From Candidatus Babeliales bacterium (GTDB lineage: Bacteria > Babelota > Babeliae > Babelales > JANWKD01): a stretch of DNA of 64,000 nucleotides. The notes under the pieces are model-generated. The model had not been told where the DNA came from. It made no database searches and worked only from the letters and a program-made list of their open reading frames with translations. The stretch is taken from assembly GCA_963762115.1 (NCBI GenBank), contig CAVXJH010000003.1:522418-586417 (forward strand), in the 5' to 3' direction. The number at the start of each line of letters is the position of its first letter. The stretch's first letter is position 1. Shown here piece by piece: positions 40,501 to 50,347 of the stretch. The translations under genes and the position numbers were made by a program.

Positions 40501-41469
40501 CTAAATTTCATCTAAAAAATCAGCTAATTTTTTCTTTTCAAAAAGAACATCATAAAGAGCGGAAAATAGAGGCACTGTTATTGCGTGCGCAATAATAAGT
40601 TGCTGCAATGAAGCAAGAGTATTAATGCTCTCAGGAACGGCATGCATTGTTGCTAAAATTGCTTCCAACGATTCCCCAGCACCCAAGCGTCGGCCAACTT
40701 CTCTGTTGCGACTCTTCTGACCATACGAAGTTAATACAATATCACCAATGCCAGCCAACCCAAAAACTGTTTCTTTGTTACCACCAAGCGCAATAACCAA
40801 CTGCATTAACTCATGTAACAACTTAGTAAGTGTCGATGCTTTTGTTGATTCAGAATAACCAGCGCCATCAAGCATGCCAAGTAATAAAGCAATACAATTT
40901 TTTAGAGCACCACAAAATTGTACACCAATCACATCCGCCGTTAAAGACAAGCGAAAATAGGCATTAGAAAGTAATTGTTCTACTTGAGTAAGGAGTATAT
41001 GATCTGATGATGCACAACTCACTGCAACGACCTGCTTCTTGGCAATATCATGCGCAAAACTTGGACCAGAAATAACTGCTTTTTTTACTGCATACCCAAA
41101 AACATCATCAAGAATTTGTGAAGGTAGTAACAAAGTATTTTGTTCAATGCCTTTACTCAAGAATATCCATGTTTGATCGCGATGTGCATAATTTTTTGCT
41201 TGAATAAGAACGGAACGCAAAAATTGCGTTGGAATAGCTTCGAAAATATATGAACTTTCTTTAAGTGCTTGTTGAATATCATGCGTCGGCATAATACGCT
41301 CATCAAGAATAACGCCTGGCAAATATTTTTTATTTTCTCTTGTTGTTAGAATTTGTGCAGGAATATCAGCATTATGACACCACAAATGCACCATATGCCC
41401 GTTATTGGCAAGCAGTGTTGCAAATGCTGTACCAAAAGCACCTTCTCCTAAAACAGTAACGTTGCTCAT
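40501..41469 (-). CDS. gpsA: NAD(P)H-dependent glycerol-3-phosphate dehydrogenase
   Basis: GEGAFGTA, SKG, SGPSFA, GALKN, GDIVLT, SRN motifs. Confidence 0.93.
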   Translation of the reverse strand: MSNVTVLGEGAFGTAFATLLANNGHMVHLWCHNADIPAQILTTRENKKYLPGVILDERIMPTHDIQQALKESSYIFEAIPTQFLRSVLIQAKNYAHRDQTWIFLSKGIEQNTLLLPSQILDDVFGYAVKKAVISGPSFAHDIAKKQVVAVSCASSDHILLTQVEQLLSNAYFRLSLTADVIGVQFCGALKNCIALLLGMLDGAGYSESTKASTLTKLLHELMQLVIALGGNKETVFGLAGIGDIVLTSYGQKSRNREVGRRLGAGESLEAILATMHAVPESINTLASLQQLIIAHAITVPLFSALYDVLFEKKKLADFLDEI

Positions 41470-42155
41470 CCGCCAAGATTCCTCTGTATTCTATTAAATT
41501 CAGTTAAAGCTCCTTGCAAATCTTGCTCAGTGATATCGGGCCATAAACAATCTAAAAAATAAAGTTCACTATAAGCAGCTTGATACAACAAAAAATTACT
41601 TAATCGTTTTGTGCCGCCTGTGCGAATGATTAATTCTGGTTCGGGAATATTGCCCATCCACAAATACTTTTTAAAAAGATCTTCAGTAAAATCTTCCAAG
41701 ACAAGAAGACCATTCTTTATATGAGAAAGAACTTTTTTCACCGCGCCAAAAATTTCCTGTTGACCGCCATAACAAAACAAAAGATTGAGATGTAACCGTG
41801 AACAATCTTTTGTTTTATCTTGCATAAAAAAAATAGTTTCTTTTACTGCTTCGGGAAATAATGTTTCATCACCAATAAAATGAATGCGTACTCCTTGTTC
41901 AATATACTGCACAACATTATCACGCAAAACTCGTACCAACAATGAAAAAAGATGAGAAATTTCTTGCTCAGATCGCTTAAAATTTTCAATGGAGAAGGTA
42001 TATAATGAAACATATTTAATGTCTTGATCTAAGGCAAATTGAATAACGCGTTTTACCGACTCAGCCCCTTGATTATGACCAAGCCATGGCCGCAATCCTT
42101 GCTTTTTTGCCCACCGTCGATTGCCATCCATTATGCATGCTAAATGCTGTATCAT
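41466..42155 (-). CDS. uppS: Undecaprenyl diphosphate synthase
   Basis: IMDGNRRWA, FSIENFKR, IRTGG..RLSNFL motifs. Confidence 0.95.
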   Translation of the reverse strand: MIQHLACIMDGNRRWAKKQGLRPWLGHNQGAESVKRVIQFALDQDIKYVSLYTFSIENFKRSEQEISHLFSLLVRVLRDNVVQYIEQGVRIHFIGDETLFPEAVKETIFFMQDKTKDCSRLHLNLLFCYGGQQEIFGAVKKVLSHIKNGLLVLEDFTEDLFKKYLWMGNIPEPELIIRTGGTKRLSNFLLYQAAYSELYFLDCLWPDITEQDLQGALTEFNRIQRNLGG

Positions 42156-42187
42156 AACACTTCGAGTCCTTCATCTTTGCCCGTTAA

Positions 42188-42838
42188 TTAGATGTTTGAA
42201 CTGGCAGGCACTCTTGCAAATCCATGAACGAATTTTTCTAGATGTTTCACTGCATACCCGCCAACTGCATGCAGTATAATCATACCACTACACAAGAGCA
42301 AGCGCTCAACAGCAACAACTGGCATGAGAGCATACCAATATGCCGGAACTGTTGGCAAAGTATAAATCCACAGAACTGAACCCACAGCATGAGCAACAAA
42401 AGTGCTACCAAGAGCTTGAACAATAATGCTTTTATGTGAAAAAAAATAGAGCACAATAGGAATTAACCAATACAACGTATAAAAAGGCACCTGATAACCG
42501 ATTGGATGCATAATAAAGAGTATCATGCAGAGTAACGGCACAAAAAGACGAATTAAGGCACTGGAAGAAGCCCAATAAGCAGATGCAAAAATGGTGGGAA
42601 TGTGATATGATAAAGGAGTAAAGAATCCTACTCCTGTGATTAATCGACGAAGTAAAAATAACGCCAAACCTAAAAATGAAAAGCTCTGAATTCCTGTTAG
42701 CGGCCCTATTAAATTAATACCGGAAAAATAAAAAGAATGCGCTCCAAACAAGTAGCTAATGCGAATAAAACGGGACAATTCACAGAGAATATACACCGAG
42801 AATACCTGCGCAACACTACGGAATGATTTATTAATCAT
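42188..42838 (-). CDS. Multi-TM membrane protein
   Basis: About 6 hydrophobic helices. Confidence 0.7.
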   Translation of the reverse strand: MINKSFRSVAQVFSVYILCELSRFIRISYLFGAHSFYFSGINLIGPLTGIQSFSFLGLALFLLRRLITGVGFFTPLSYHIPTIFASAYWASSSALIRLFVPLLCMILFIMHPIGYQVPFYTLYWLIPIVLYFFSHKSIIVQALGSTFVAHAVGSVLWIYTLPTVPAYWYALMPVVAVERLLLCSGMIILHAVGGYAVKHLEKFVHGFARVPASSNI

Positions 42839-42938
42839 AGCGATAACCTTTACCTTAATACATTAATAACATTGGAAATTTTTATCTTTAGCTTATCATC
42901 AATAGTCATATTCAACAATAGTAAAAGAAAGGAATATA

Positions 42939-43613
42939 ATGCACTATAAAGCAATTATTTTCGATATGGATGGTACCATTATTGACACCACCCTTATTTG
43001 GAAACAAGCAACAAAAAATCTTGTTACCGCCCATGGTATTGATTTTGATCCTGAACAACATCGAGATTTAACGGCCAAACTGCACGGACTTGGCATGAGA
43101 GAAAGTTGTTCACTTATTAAAAATCATTTTAATTTGACGGCTTCAGTAACCTCACTCATGGAAGAAAAATCACACTTAGCGGCTGACTTATATCAAAAAA
43201 ATGTTTGTTTTATTGAAGGATTCCAACAATTTCATATGCAGGTCAAAGAAGCACAACTCAAAACAGGCATCGCAACAAACGCCGATGATGTCACCCTCAA
43301 AATTACCAATTCGATTTTGAATTTGGAGCAATTTTTTGGTGAACATATTTATAGCATTTCGCAAGTTAACTATATTTGTAAACCCGATCCTGCTATTTAT
43401 TTGCTTGCCGCAAAAAAACTTAATGTTGATCCAAAAGAATGCATTGCCATCGAAGATTCTGCTCACGGCGTTGAAGCTGCAAAAAAAGCGGGGATCTTTT
43501 GTATCGGTATTAATACCGGCAAAAATAGAGCCAATGTACAACATTCTGATTTAATTATTGATTCGTATGATGAATTGGAATTAGCAACGTTACTGAGTAA
43601 AAAAACAGAATAG
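42939..43613 (+). CDS. HAD-family phosphatase (beta-PGM/CbbY-like)
   Basis: FDMDGT, KPDP, IEDS..G motifs. Confidence 0.9.
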   Translation: MHYKAIIFDMDGTIIDTTLIWKQATKNLVTAHGIDFDPEQHRDLTAKLHGLGMRESCSLIKNHFNLTASVTSLMEEKSHLAADLYQKNVCFIEGFQQFHMQVKEAQLKTGIATNADDVTLKITNSILNLEQFFGEHIYSISQVNYICKPDPAIYLLAAKKLNVDPKECIAIEDSAHGVEAAKKAGIFCIGINTGKNRANVQHSDLIIDSYDELELATLLSKKTE

Positions 43614-43699
43614 TATATAATTCTTACATTTCGTATTGTGCATACAGTACTCTTATTCTTAAGGGACAATACTCTTTTTGTAGGGGGGTACTTATAGCT

Positions 43700-44335
43700 A
43701 TGCAGTCAAATAAAAAATATTCTGCCATTGCTTTTGATTTACACGATGTGCTTTTTGCACGCGATTATAAAAAAATGCTCTATTTAATGCTGACAACACC
43801 GGGTAAATTAAAAATAATCATCACCCTCTTTAATCCACGCTTTCTTTATGATGTACTATGTTTATATCGAAAAACGCGCGTAGCAGAAGAATATATTCTC
43901 ACGTTGGGAGCAAAATATCCTTTATTGAAACCACATATTGATCGTGGCATCGCTATCACCAACTCCTTGTTACCATGCAATGAACTTTTTCATATCACCC
44001 AGCAGCTCAAGGAACACGGCTATTCATTGTATATTTTCTCTAACATTGGCAAAAAAACCTACCATGAATTATTGAAAATACATGCACCACTTTTTACCCT
44101 CTTTGACGGCATTCATTACACGCATGAAAATAATAATTGGCTCCAAAAGCCATTACCAAATGCATATCATCATTTTATAAAACGTTTTAATCTTAAACCA
44201 TCTGAAGTTGTATTTATCGATGACAGCAAAAAAAATAGTAATGCGGCACAATCATGCGGCATTACGGCAATACACTATAAATCAGTTGATCAACTACGCA
44301 ACTCATTTTTGCATTTGGGCATTTTACCAACTTAA
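43700..44335 (+). CDS. HAD-family hydrolase (YihX-like)
   Basis: FDLHDV, SN, KP, FIDD motifs. Confidence 0.85.
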   Translation: MQSNKKYSAIAFDLHDVLFARDYKKMLYLMLTTPGKLKIIITLFNPRFLYDVLCLYRKTRVAEEYILTLGAKYPLLKPHIDRGIAITNSLLPCNELFHITQQLKEHGYSLYIFSNIGKKTYHELLKIHAPLFTLFDGIHYTHENNNWLQKPLPNAYHHFIKRFNLKPSEVVFIDDSKKNSNAAQSCGITAIHYKSVDQLRNSFLHLGILPT

Positions 44336-44381
44336 TAAATAGTCAATGCAAATGTGGCAAGTAAAATATCAAAAATCTAAA

Positions 44382-44519
44382 TGTCATTGCGAGGAGCATT
44401 GCGACGTGGCAACCCAGATTATAATGTTCTAATAAAAAAATCTTTGAAAAAGTTTAAGGAAAATCAGTAGGATTTTATATGCTGGGTTGCCACGCCAACA
44501 ATGTTGGCTCGCAATGACA
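44382..44519. mobile_element. Non-autonomous REP doublet of the GIY-YIG element family (138 bp)
   Basis: 44481-44519 is identical to 10881-10919; left end is a variant REP. Confidence 0.75.
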
Positions 44520-44591
44520 CTCCTGTTATTAATATTTTTTTTGTTATAGCGCAAGCACTTTGTATTTCAAATTTTTTTCTTCAAACTCGCA

Positions 44592-44897
44592 TTAATCTTG
44601 CGTGAACCACTGCTCCACTCTAAAACAACAACCCACAAAAAAAGAAAAACCTTCATTCAGGACAACATCAATTTTTTCATCAACACCCATTTCAGCACCT
44701 TCAAACAAACGCAAAACGGCTTGTGACGCTGATAATACTGGCATAAATTCATTAAACTCAACTTCATCTTCATCTTGATTATTGCGAAGATATTTTCCTA
44801 CACCTGGTGGAGAATCATCAGAAGATAATTCCATCGGCAAAACATACATTTGAAAAGAAAGTATTAACACTAACGTTACAGACATATTTTTTTTCAT
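44592..44897 (-). CDS. Small secreted acidic protein
   Basis: MKKN signal peptide followed by PME. Confidence 0.55.
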   Translation of the reverse strand: MKKNMSVTLVLILSFQMYVLPMELSSDDSPPGVGKYLRNNQDEDEVEFNEFMPVLSASQAVLRLFEGAEMGVDEKIDVVLNEGFSFFVGCCFRVEQWFTQD

Positions 44898-44991
44898 AGC
44901 AGGCATTCGTTTTTGTAAAAATATAAAAAACTTGTCTTTCTTAAGAGTTATTTTGTACATTTTTATTAAAATTACCCGTGAAAGGCAATCA

Positions 44992-46191
44992 ATGATATAT
45001 AAAAATATAAAAAATATTCGGTTCTCATTTGTATTCTTTTTTTTCTTTTTTGTACAGAATAATATCTCGCATGCGTCAGAAACTACTCAAAAAAATGATG
45101 TGCAATGGACTATTATTGGTGCAGGGCCAGCTGGTATTATCGTGGTTAGTTTATTGTTAGATTTAGGCATCCCCCCAAAAAGCATTGCGTGGGTTGATCC
45201 AGAATTTAATGTTGGACGATTAGGAAAATATTATACAACAGTGCCAGGCAACAGCCAAACAAAAGTGTTTATTGAATTTATTAACTCATGCAAAGTATTT
45301 CAATGTTGCAACCCATCGAGCATTTGTATAATAAATTCCTATGGCCCTGATGATGACTATCCCCTCAATATTATTGTTGAACCACTTCAAACAATCACCA
45401 ATTATATTTGTACGCAAGTAACAACCTATACCTCAGAACTCAAATCGCTAGAATTTAATGATGAATCATGGCATGTAGGAACAACTCATGAACTCTTTAC
45501 TTCACATAATGTTGTTCTGGCGACCGGTTCTCATCCAAAAACATTATCATATACATCTAATCAAGAAATCCCCTTAGATCTTGCCCTTGATAAAAATACC
45601 CTTGCCACTTTAGTTACCACTGAAGATTCAGTTGCTGTTGTTGGCGGTTCACATTCTGCAATTCTAATTTTAAAATATCTGACCGAACTCAACGTAAAAC
45701 GCATTATTAATTTTTATAAAAACCCTTTATGTTATTCCTATGAAGCTGATGGCATTTATTATAATGCAACCGATGGACTTAAAGGAACAGCGGCACGATG
45801 GGCACAACAAGTATTAGAAAAAAATTGTCCTGCACATTTGATGCGCATAAAAAATACCCCCGAAGCCTTAGAAGCATGGCTTCCCGTTTGCAATAAAATA
45901 ATCTATGCAATAGGCTACGAACGCAATCAATTACCAACAATTAATGGAATGCCAAACACACTCTATGATGCATACAATGCCACTTCCGGTGTTATTGGGC
46001 CTCGCTTATTTGGCATTGGCATTGCATTTCCTGAACAATTTATTGATCAAACAGGAACACCTCAACTTGGCATTGGATTAATTGATTTTATGCAGTATGC
46101 TCAATGTGTGTTGCCCGAATGGATGCAAACAAAACAAGGATTAGCGCAATTTGCCTACTTTGCGCAATTGTTCTCAATTGCACAACTATAA
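44992..46191 (+). CDS. FAD-dependent oxidoreductase
   Basis: IIGAGPAG, LATG, VGGSHSA motifs. Confidence 0.8.
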   Translation: MIYKNIKNIRFSFVFFFFFFVQNNISHASETTQKNDVQWTIIGAGPAGIIVVSLLLDLGIPPKSIAWVDPEFNVGRLGKYYTTVPGNSQTKVFIEFINSCKVFQCCNPSSICIINSYGPDDDYPLNIIVEPLQTITNYICTQVTTYTSELKSLEFNDESWHVGTTHELFTSHNVVLATGSHPKTLSYTSNQEIPLDLALDKNTLATLVTTEDSVAVVGGSHSAILILKYLTELNVKRIINFYKNPLCYSYEADGIYYNATDGLKGTAARWAQQVLEKNCPAHLMRIKNTPEALEAWLPVCNKIIYAIGYERNQLPTINGMPNTLYDAYNATSGVIGPRLFGIGIAFPEQFIDQTGTPQLGIGLIDFMQYAQCVLPEWMQTKQGLAQFAYFAQLFSIAQL

Positions 46192-46216
46192 GGGCGTAAA
46201 TCATAGTAGGATATGC

Positions 46217-47101
46217 ATGCAAATCAAAAAAATAGTTTCTCTCTTAAGAGCATGTATCATACTAATCTTCTGGCAAATGCCCTATGCTTATTGTCAAGAT
46301 GTTGGTGATATATTAGAAGCACAAATGGGTGGACCCAATCCCTTATTTAGTATTGGTCATAACGTACAAAAAAAACATCATGGCATGCTACGCTCTACCT
46401 CATTCTATGAAGAACGAGACCAAAGCCAATCATTGTTTGTTTCATATAATGGTATTTTTTATGGCATTACCGACAACTTTACGATGTATGCACGCTTACC
46501 CTGCGTCAGAGAACGTAAAACATCAAATTTAAAATCAACGGGGATTGGCAACTTACAAATACAAGGAGAATGGGCATTCTATAATGAACGGGTTGACGAT
46601 AGCTTTAATCAAGTTACCGTTCTAGCAGCTATTCGTTTACCAACCTCCACCGTTGAATTTCCTGGTCTTGATACCTTCAAAGCAACTAATTTCCTTTTTG
46701 GGCTTACAACCAGTAATTGGTCCGAAAAATGGCATCTCTATAGTGATTGTGGTTACTTAGTATTTACAACGCATCAACATTTCAAACTAGGAAATGCTTT
46801 TGTTTATAATTTAGGGCTAGGACGCATCATTGGGTCACGCCCTTTAAAAGATGACGGCATTCTTTATTTTGAATTAATCGCTGATATGAACGGCCTCTAT
46901 GAACAACCAAGCATCCTGGATAAAAAAGATGTTTTCAAAACGGGTGGCCATGTTCTTTTTGTCGGACCAACGTTTCGCTTCTCTGTCCCTTCGTTTGTTT
47001 TGCTCGGAGGATTACAATACCCAATTAGTCAACGAATAAAAAATCCACTTTTTACCAAAACAAATTATAAAATGGGAATTTCTCTCTCATGGCTTTTTTA
47101 A
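46217..47101 (+). CDS. Putative outer-membrane beta-barrel protein
   Basis: Alternating beta pattern, YGITD, GIGN, C-terminal Phe. Confidence 0.65.
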   Translation: MQIKKIVSLLRACIILIFWQMPYAYCQDVGDILEAQMGGPNPLFSIGHNVQKKHHGMLRSTSFYEERDQSQSLFVSYNGIFYGITDNFTMYARLPCVRERKTSNLKSTGIGNLQIQGEWAFYNERVDDSFNQVTVLAAIRLPTSTVEFPGLDTFKATNFLFGLTTSNWSEKWHLYSDCGYLVFTTHQHFKLGNAFVYNLGLGRIIGSRPLKDDGILYFELIADMNGLYEQPSILDKKDVFKTGGHVLFVGPTFRFSVPSFVLLGGLQYPISQRIKNPLFTKTNYKMGISLSWLF

Positions 47102-47949
47102 TATCGCTCTCTACCCTTTTTTTTATTTTTATGCTTTCATGGGCACCAGTATCATGCACTGATACCAACAATAAAAATTCCTTATTACAAGGGCCTGGGC
47201 CGATATTTAGTTTGGGTCACAATATTTTTCCCAAAAATCAACTTGTTGTAGAAGAAGAATTATTTTTTGTAAAAATAAAGCCAAACAACAACTCACTCTT
47301 GATTAACTTCAACAATATATATTACGGCATAACCAATCGATTAAGCATTCTTGTTACTATACCAGTTATTCTTAAAGAAATAAAAATCCCCCATAAACAC
47401 TCGCGCGGCTTAGGCAATCTTATAGCACAAGCAGAATATGCATTTTACGAAAAAAAAGAAGTCGATGCACTGTTTCAATGGACCGTACTTGGTAATGTTG
47501 TTATTCCCACCACACGTATTGTAGCTAACACCGATGTTATTACCACGCGAGCTCCAAGCTTTTTTTGCGGAATTACCACTAATAATTTATCTTCAGTCTG
47601 GTATACCTACAGCGATATTGGTGTATTTTTTACTACAAAAAGACATCAATTCAAACTGGGCAATCAACTATGGTATGGATTAGGCGGTGGAAGAAAATTA
47701 TATACCCACAATAAACTTACGCTAACGGGTCTGATTGAAATGAGCGGTATTTATGAAAGACCTGATAAAATTGGAAAAAAGACTGATTTAAAAACAGGCG
47801 GCAACCGTTTATATTTAGGGCCAACATTACGAATATATTATGGCTCTTTAGTATTGATTGGCGGGTTTCAATATGCAATTGCTGATGTTTCTCGAGAAGA
47901 TATTTCATTTAAATACCGAAGCGTTTTTTCAGCATCATATGTTTTCTAA
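47089..47949 (+). CDS. Putative outer-membrane beta-barrel protein, tandem paralog
   Basis: Shares P.FS.GHN, YSD.G, KTGG..L..GPT.R with upstream gene; C-terminal Phe. Confidence 0.65.
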   Translation: MAFLISLSTLFFIFMLSWAPVSCTDTNNKNSLLQGPGPIFSLGHNIFPKNQLVVEEELFFVKIKPNNNSLLINFNNIYYGITNRLSILVTIPVILKEIKIPHKHSRGLGNLIAQAEYAFYEKKEVDALFQWTVLGNVVIPTTRIVANTDVITTRAPSFFCGITTNNLSSVWYTYSDIGVFFTTKRHQFKLGNQLWYGLGGGRKLYTHNKLTLTGLIEMSGIYERPDKIGKKTDLKTGGNRLYLGPTLRIYYGSLVLIGGFQYAIADVSREDISFKYRSVFSASYVF

Positions 47950-48089
47950 CGATGTTTAATACATGATAAAATAACTTTTACTTAATGTAAGTTCGGTTAA
48001 ATAGTAAGCATAAAACAAAAGATTTGAAACCTGTAATGTCATTCCGAGGCACATTGTGCCGTGGGAACCCAGATCATGATGTTCTATTA

Positions 48090-48183
48090 GAGCTTATCCG
48101 AAACTTAAGTATCATAAAGAAAACTATGCAAAAGAAAGAGGATGTCATTCAGAGTTCGCGTTTTGCGCGGACGTGGAATCCAG
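48090..48183 (+). repeat. IS5-like MITE left end followed by a REP copy
   Basis: tta|gagcttatccgaaa as at 63260; REP at 48143-48183; no right TIR found. Confidence 0.55.
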
Positions 48184-48659
48184 TTTAATTAGGTTTTTAT
48201 ATTGTCATTCGTTCCAATTCGTGACAAATTGTCAGGATCTGAGAGCAACTATATTATAAAAAATAAATTATTGAATCCAGTTTAAATTAAAATTTTATTT
48301 CATTATTTAAGACTTTTGTGTACAAAAAAACCTAATTAAAAACAACAAAAAACTCACTTTTTCTGGTGATTAAATTCATAGTTTTTTCTATTAATATAAA
48401 GATCTTGTAATGCATTATCCAATCAGTGTTTTCAGCGAGTTAACCTGTAAAATTATTTCTATTGATTTTTATAAAAATCTATATAGAGTTACCATCTAAT
48501 AATTCTAAAAGCTACGGTTAGTAATGAAGCAAGCAAGTTAAACACTATTACAATCGTAGGAGTATTCTATGTTTATTCATATATAACGCATTTTTAATTA
48601 ATTTTTTTTATTCAAAAATACATTTTTTATTTAAACAAAAAATCGAAAGTACATTCACT

Positions 48660-49238
48660 ATGAAGGTAACATCAAAAATATTATTACTATCTTTATTCGC
48701 TATTCCTTTTGCACAAGCAATGGAAGAACTTTCTTCTGGTAAACTTACTCAGATAAAAAAATCGTCATTATTTGCTACACATGATGTTGGTGAAATAGAT
48801 CTTTTTCATAATGATAAAGGATTCCATGTTGTTCACAATGACGAAGTTCATTCCATAGATAAACTTTCCGTAGACCCTGTTTTAAGAACTCTTAAACATA
48901 AACAACTTAAAAAATTCCAAAAAATTGGTTATATTCAAGTAAAAAAGAATAACCATAATGAATTTTCTCTTGTATCAAAAGTAAGAGGAAATGGCGGTGG
49001 CGCTGGCGGAGCAACAGCAGGTTTCTGGGCAGGAAAATGGGTTACTCATGCGGTTGCTCAAACTGTTTATGCACTGGCAGCTACAGGAACTACCATAGTA
49101 ACTGGAGGAAATCTTGCGGCTGGCGCTGTTGTTTGGGCGTCATTACAATCTACATTTGCATTACCTGTAGAAGCAGCTAGTAATGTAATAGGATGTGCCG
49201 CTGGTATTGCTGGTGGTGCCGCTACGGGTCTTATTTAA
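48660..49238 (+). CDS. Secreted protein with internal di-Gly motif and Gly/Ala-rich hydrophobic C-terminus (bacteriocin/toxin-like)
   Basis: Signal peptide AQA followed by MEE; KVRGNGG; glycine-zipper-like tail. Confidence 0.7.
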   Translation: MKVTSKILLLSLFAIPFAQAMEELSSGKLTQIKKSSLFATHDVGEIDLFHNDKGFHVVHNDEVHSIDKLSVDPVLRTLKHKQLKKFQKIGYIQVKKNNHNEFSLVSKVRGNGGGAGGATAGFWAGKWVTHAVAQTVYALAATGTTIVTGGNLAAGAVVWASLQSTFALPVEAASNVIGCAAGIAGGAATGLI

Positions 49239-49257
49239 ATAAGGAGATATAATATCT

Positions 49258-49350
49258 ATGTGGTATTGGTATGAATTAGTTATGATTGGACTTTTATCAA
49301 TGATAGTAGTTTATTATATAAAATTATATTTATGGGAATATAAAAAATGA
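49258..49350 (+). CDS. 30-aa single-TM peptide (absent from ORF track)
   Basis: AAGGAG RBS at 49241; MWYWYELVMIGLLSMIVVYYIKLYLWEYKK. Confidence 0.6.
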   Translation: MWYWYELVMIGLLSMIVVYYIKLYLWEYKK

Positions 49351-49493
49351 CCCAAAATATGCATATCTTTATTGCATTCATTATTTTATTTATTCTTTGG
49401 CATCTTCTTTTAAAGAAACATTTCTTTATACAAAAAGAAGCTGATTTTTGGCAAGAATATTTTAAAGATAAATTTTTTTAATATACAAATTAA
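49347..49493 (+). CDS. 48-aa single-TM peptide (absent from ORF track)
   Basis: ATGA coupling to the previous ORF; MTQNMHIFIAFIILFILWHLLLKKH... Confidence 0.55.
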
Positions 49494-49512
49494 TCAATAT
49501 CTACAATAAACG

Positions 49513-49549
49513 TTCCCTACTCTATCAATATCGTTTATAGAGTAGGGAA
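49513..49549 (+). terminator. Hairpin / terminator
   Basis: ttccctactctat-N11-atagagtagggaa. Confidence 0.65.
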
Positions 49550-49657
49550 TTTTGTGCTTAAACAACATCTTATGCGCCAAATAAAAATCAAGTGACTGGA
49601 ATAATTCTTCATGATATTATAATTAAGAAAGATACAAAAACCCACATTAGGGAATTA

Positions 49658-50002
49658 ATGATAACATTGTTTGAATCGTTCCTATCGCAGATAGAAATAT
49701 TAGCAATCGGCTTACTACTTTTTACCTTAAAGCATATTATTAGCGGCGATGAAAGAGCAATGCTTGATGCGTTGCCGGATAGTTTTAGAAGAGATCTCAA
49801 AAACAAATATTACCAGACATTTTTTATAGTGTTATGGTTTGGTTTTTTTACCTGGCTTGGCTATTACATTCAAAAGCCGCGCTATGGTATTTGGAGCTAT
49901 TTATTTGCTTATGATAATAAGTTGTTTTGGTTAATACTATTTTTAACGATTGTAACACGTGTCGGAATGTGGTTATATGATCGCTTTTATCCTACTGATT
50001 GA
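49658..50002 (+). CDS. Small 3-TM membrane protein
   Basis: AGGGA RBS before ATG 49658; three hydrophobic helices. Confidence 0.6.
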   Translation: MITLFESFLSQIEILAIGLLLFTLKHIISGDERAMLDALPDSFRRDLKNKYYQTFFIVLWFGFFTWLGYYIQKPRYGIWSYLFAYDNKLFWLILFLTIVTRVGMWLYDRFYPTD

Positions 50003-50029
50003 AACGATCAATCTCCTTCTTAAATAAAG

Positions 50030-50074
50030 ACTCCTCACTCTATGGATATCATTTATAGAGTGAGGAGTTTTTTT
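50030..50074 (+). terminator. Intrinsic terminator
   Basis: actcctcactctat-N11-atagagtgaggagt followed by T tract. Confidence 0.75.
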
Positions 50075-50347
50075 GTTGATAAGTAATGCACATTTTGAAA
50101 CAAAATCAAACAGATGCTATCAAAAATCTAAAAAATTTATATCTCACACACGAATTTAATAAACACAATGCTCTAAAATTGTTTGACAGGAAAAATAGTT
50201 TGTTTTTTATAAGTATTTAATTTATTAGAACATTATAATCTGGGTTCCCACGGCACAATGTGCCTCGGAATGACATTTCTGTTATTAACGTTCTTTTTTT
50301 AGCGCAAACAAGCCTTATCTTAAATACTTTTACTTCTTGAATTTACG

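Larger units (their letters stand above)
48035..50277. mobile_element. Cargo-bearing REP-bounded element (putative)
   Basis: 52-bp inverted repeats 48035-48086 / 50226-50277 (50/52) of the GIY-YIG element family. Confidence 0.55.

Noticed and set aside
49513..50074. Integron attC sites
   Set aside because: No RYYYAAC/GTTRRRY ends and no integrase in the window.
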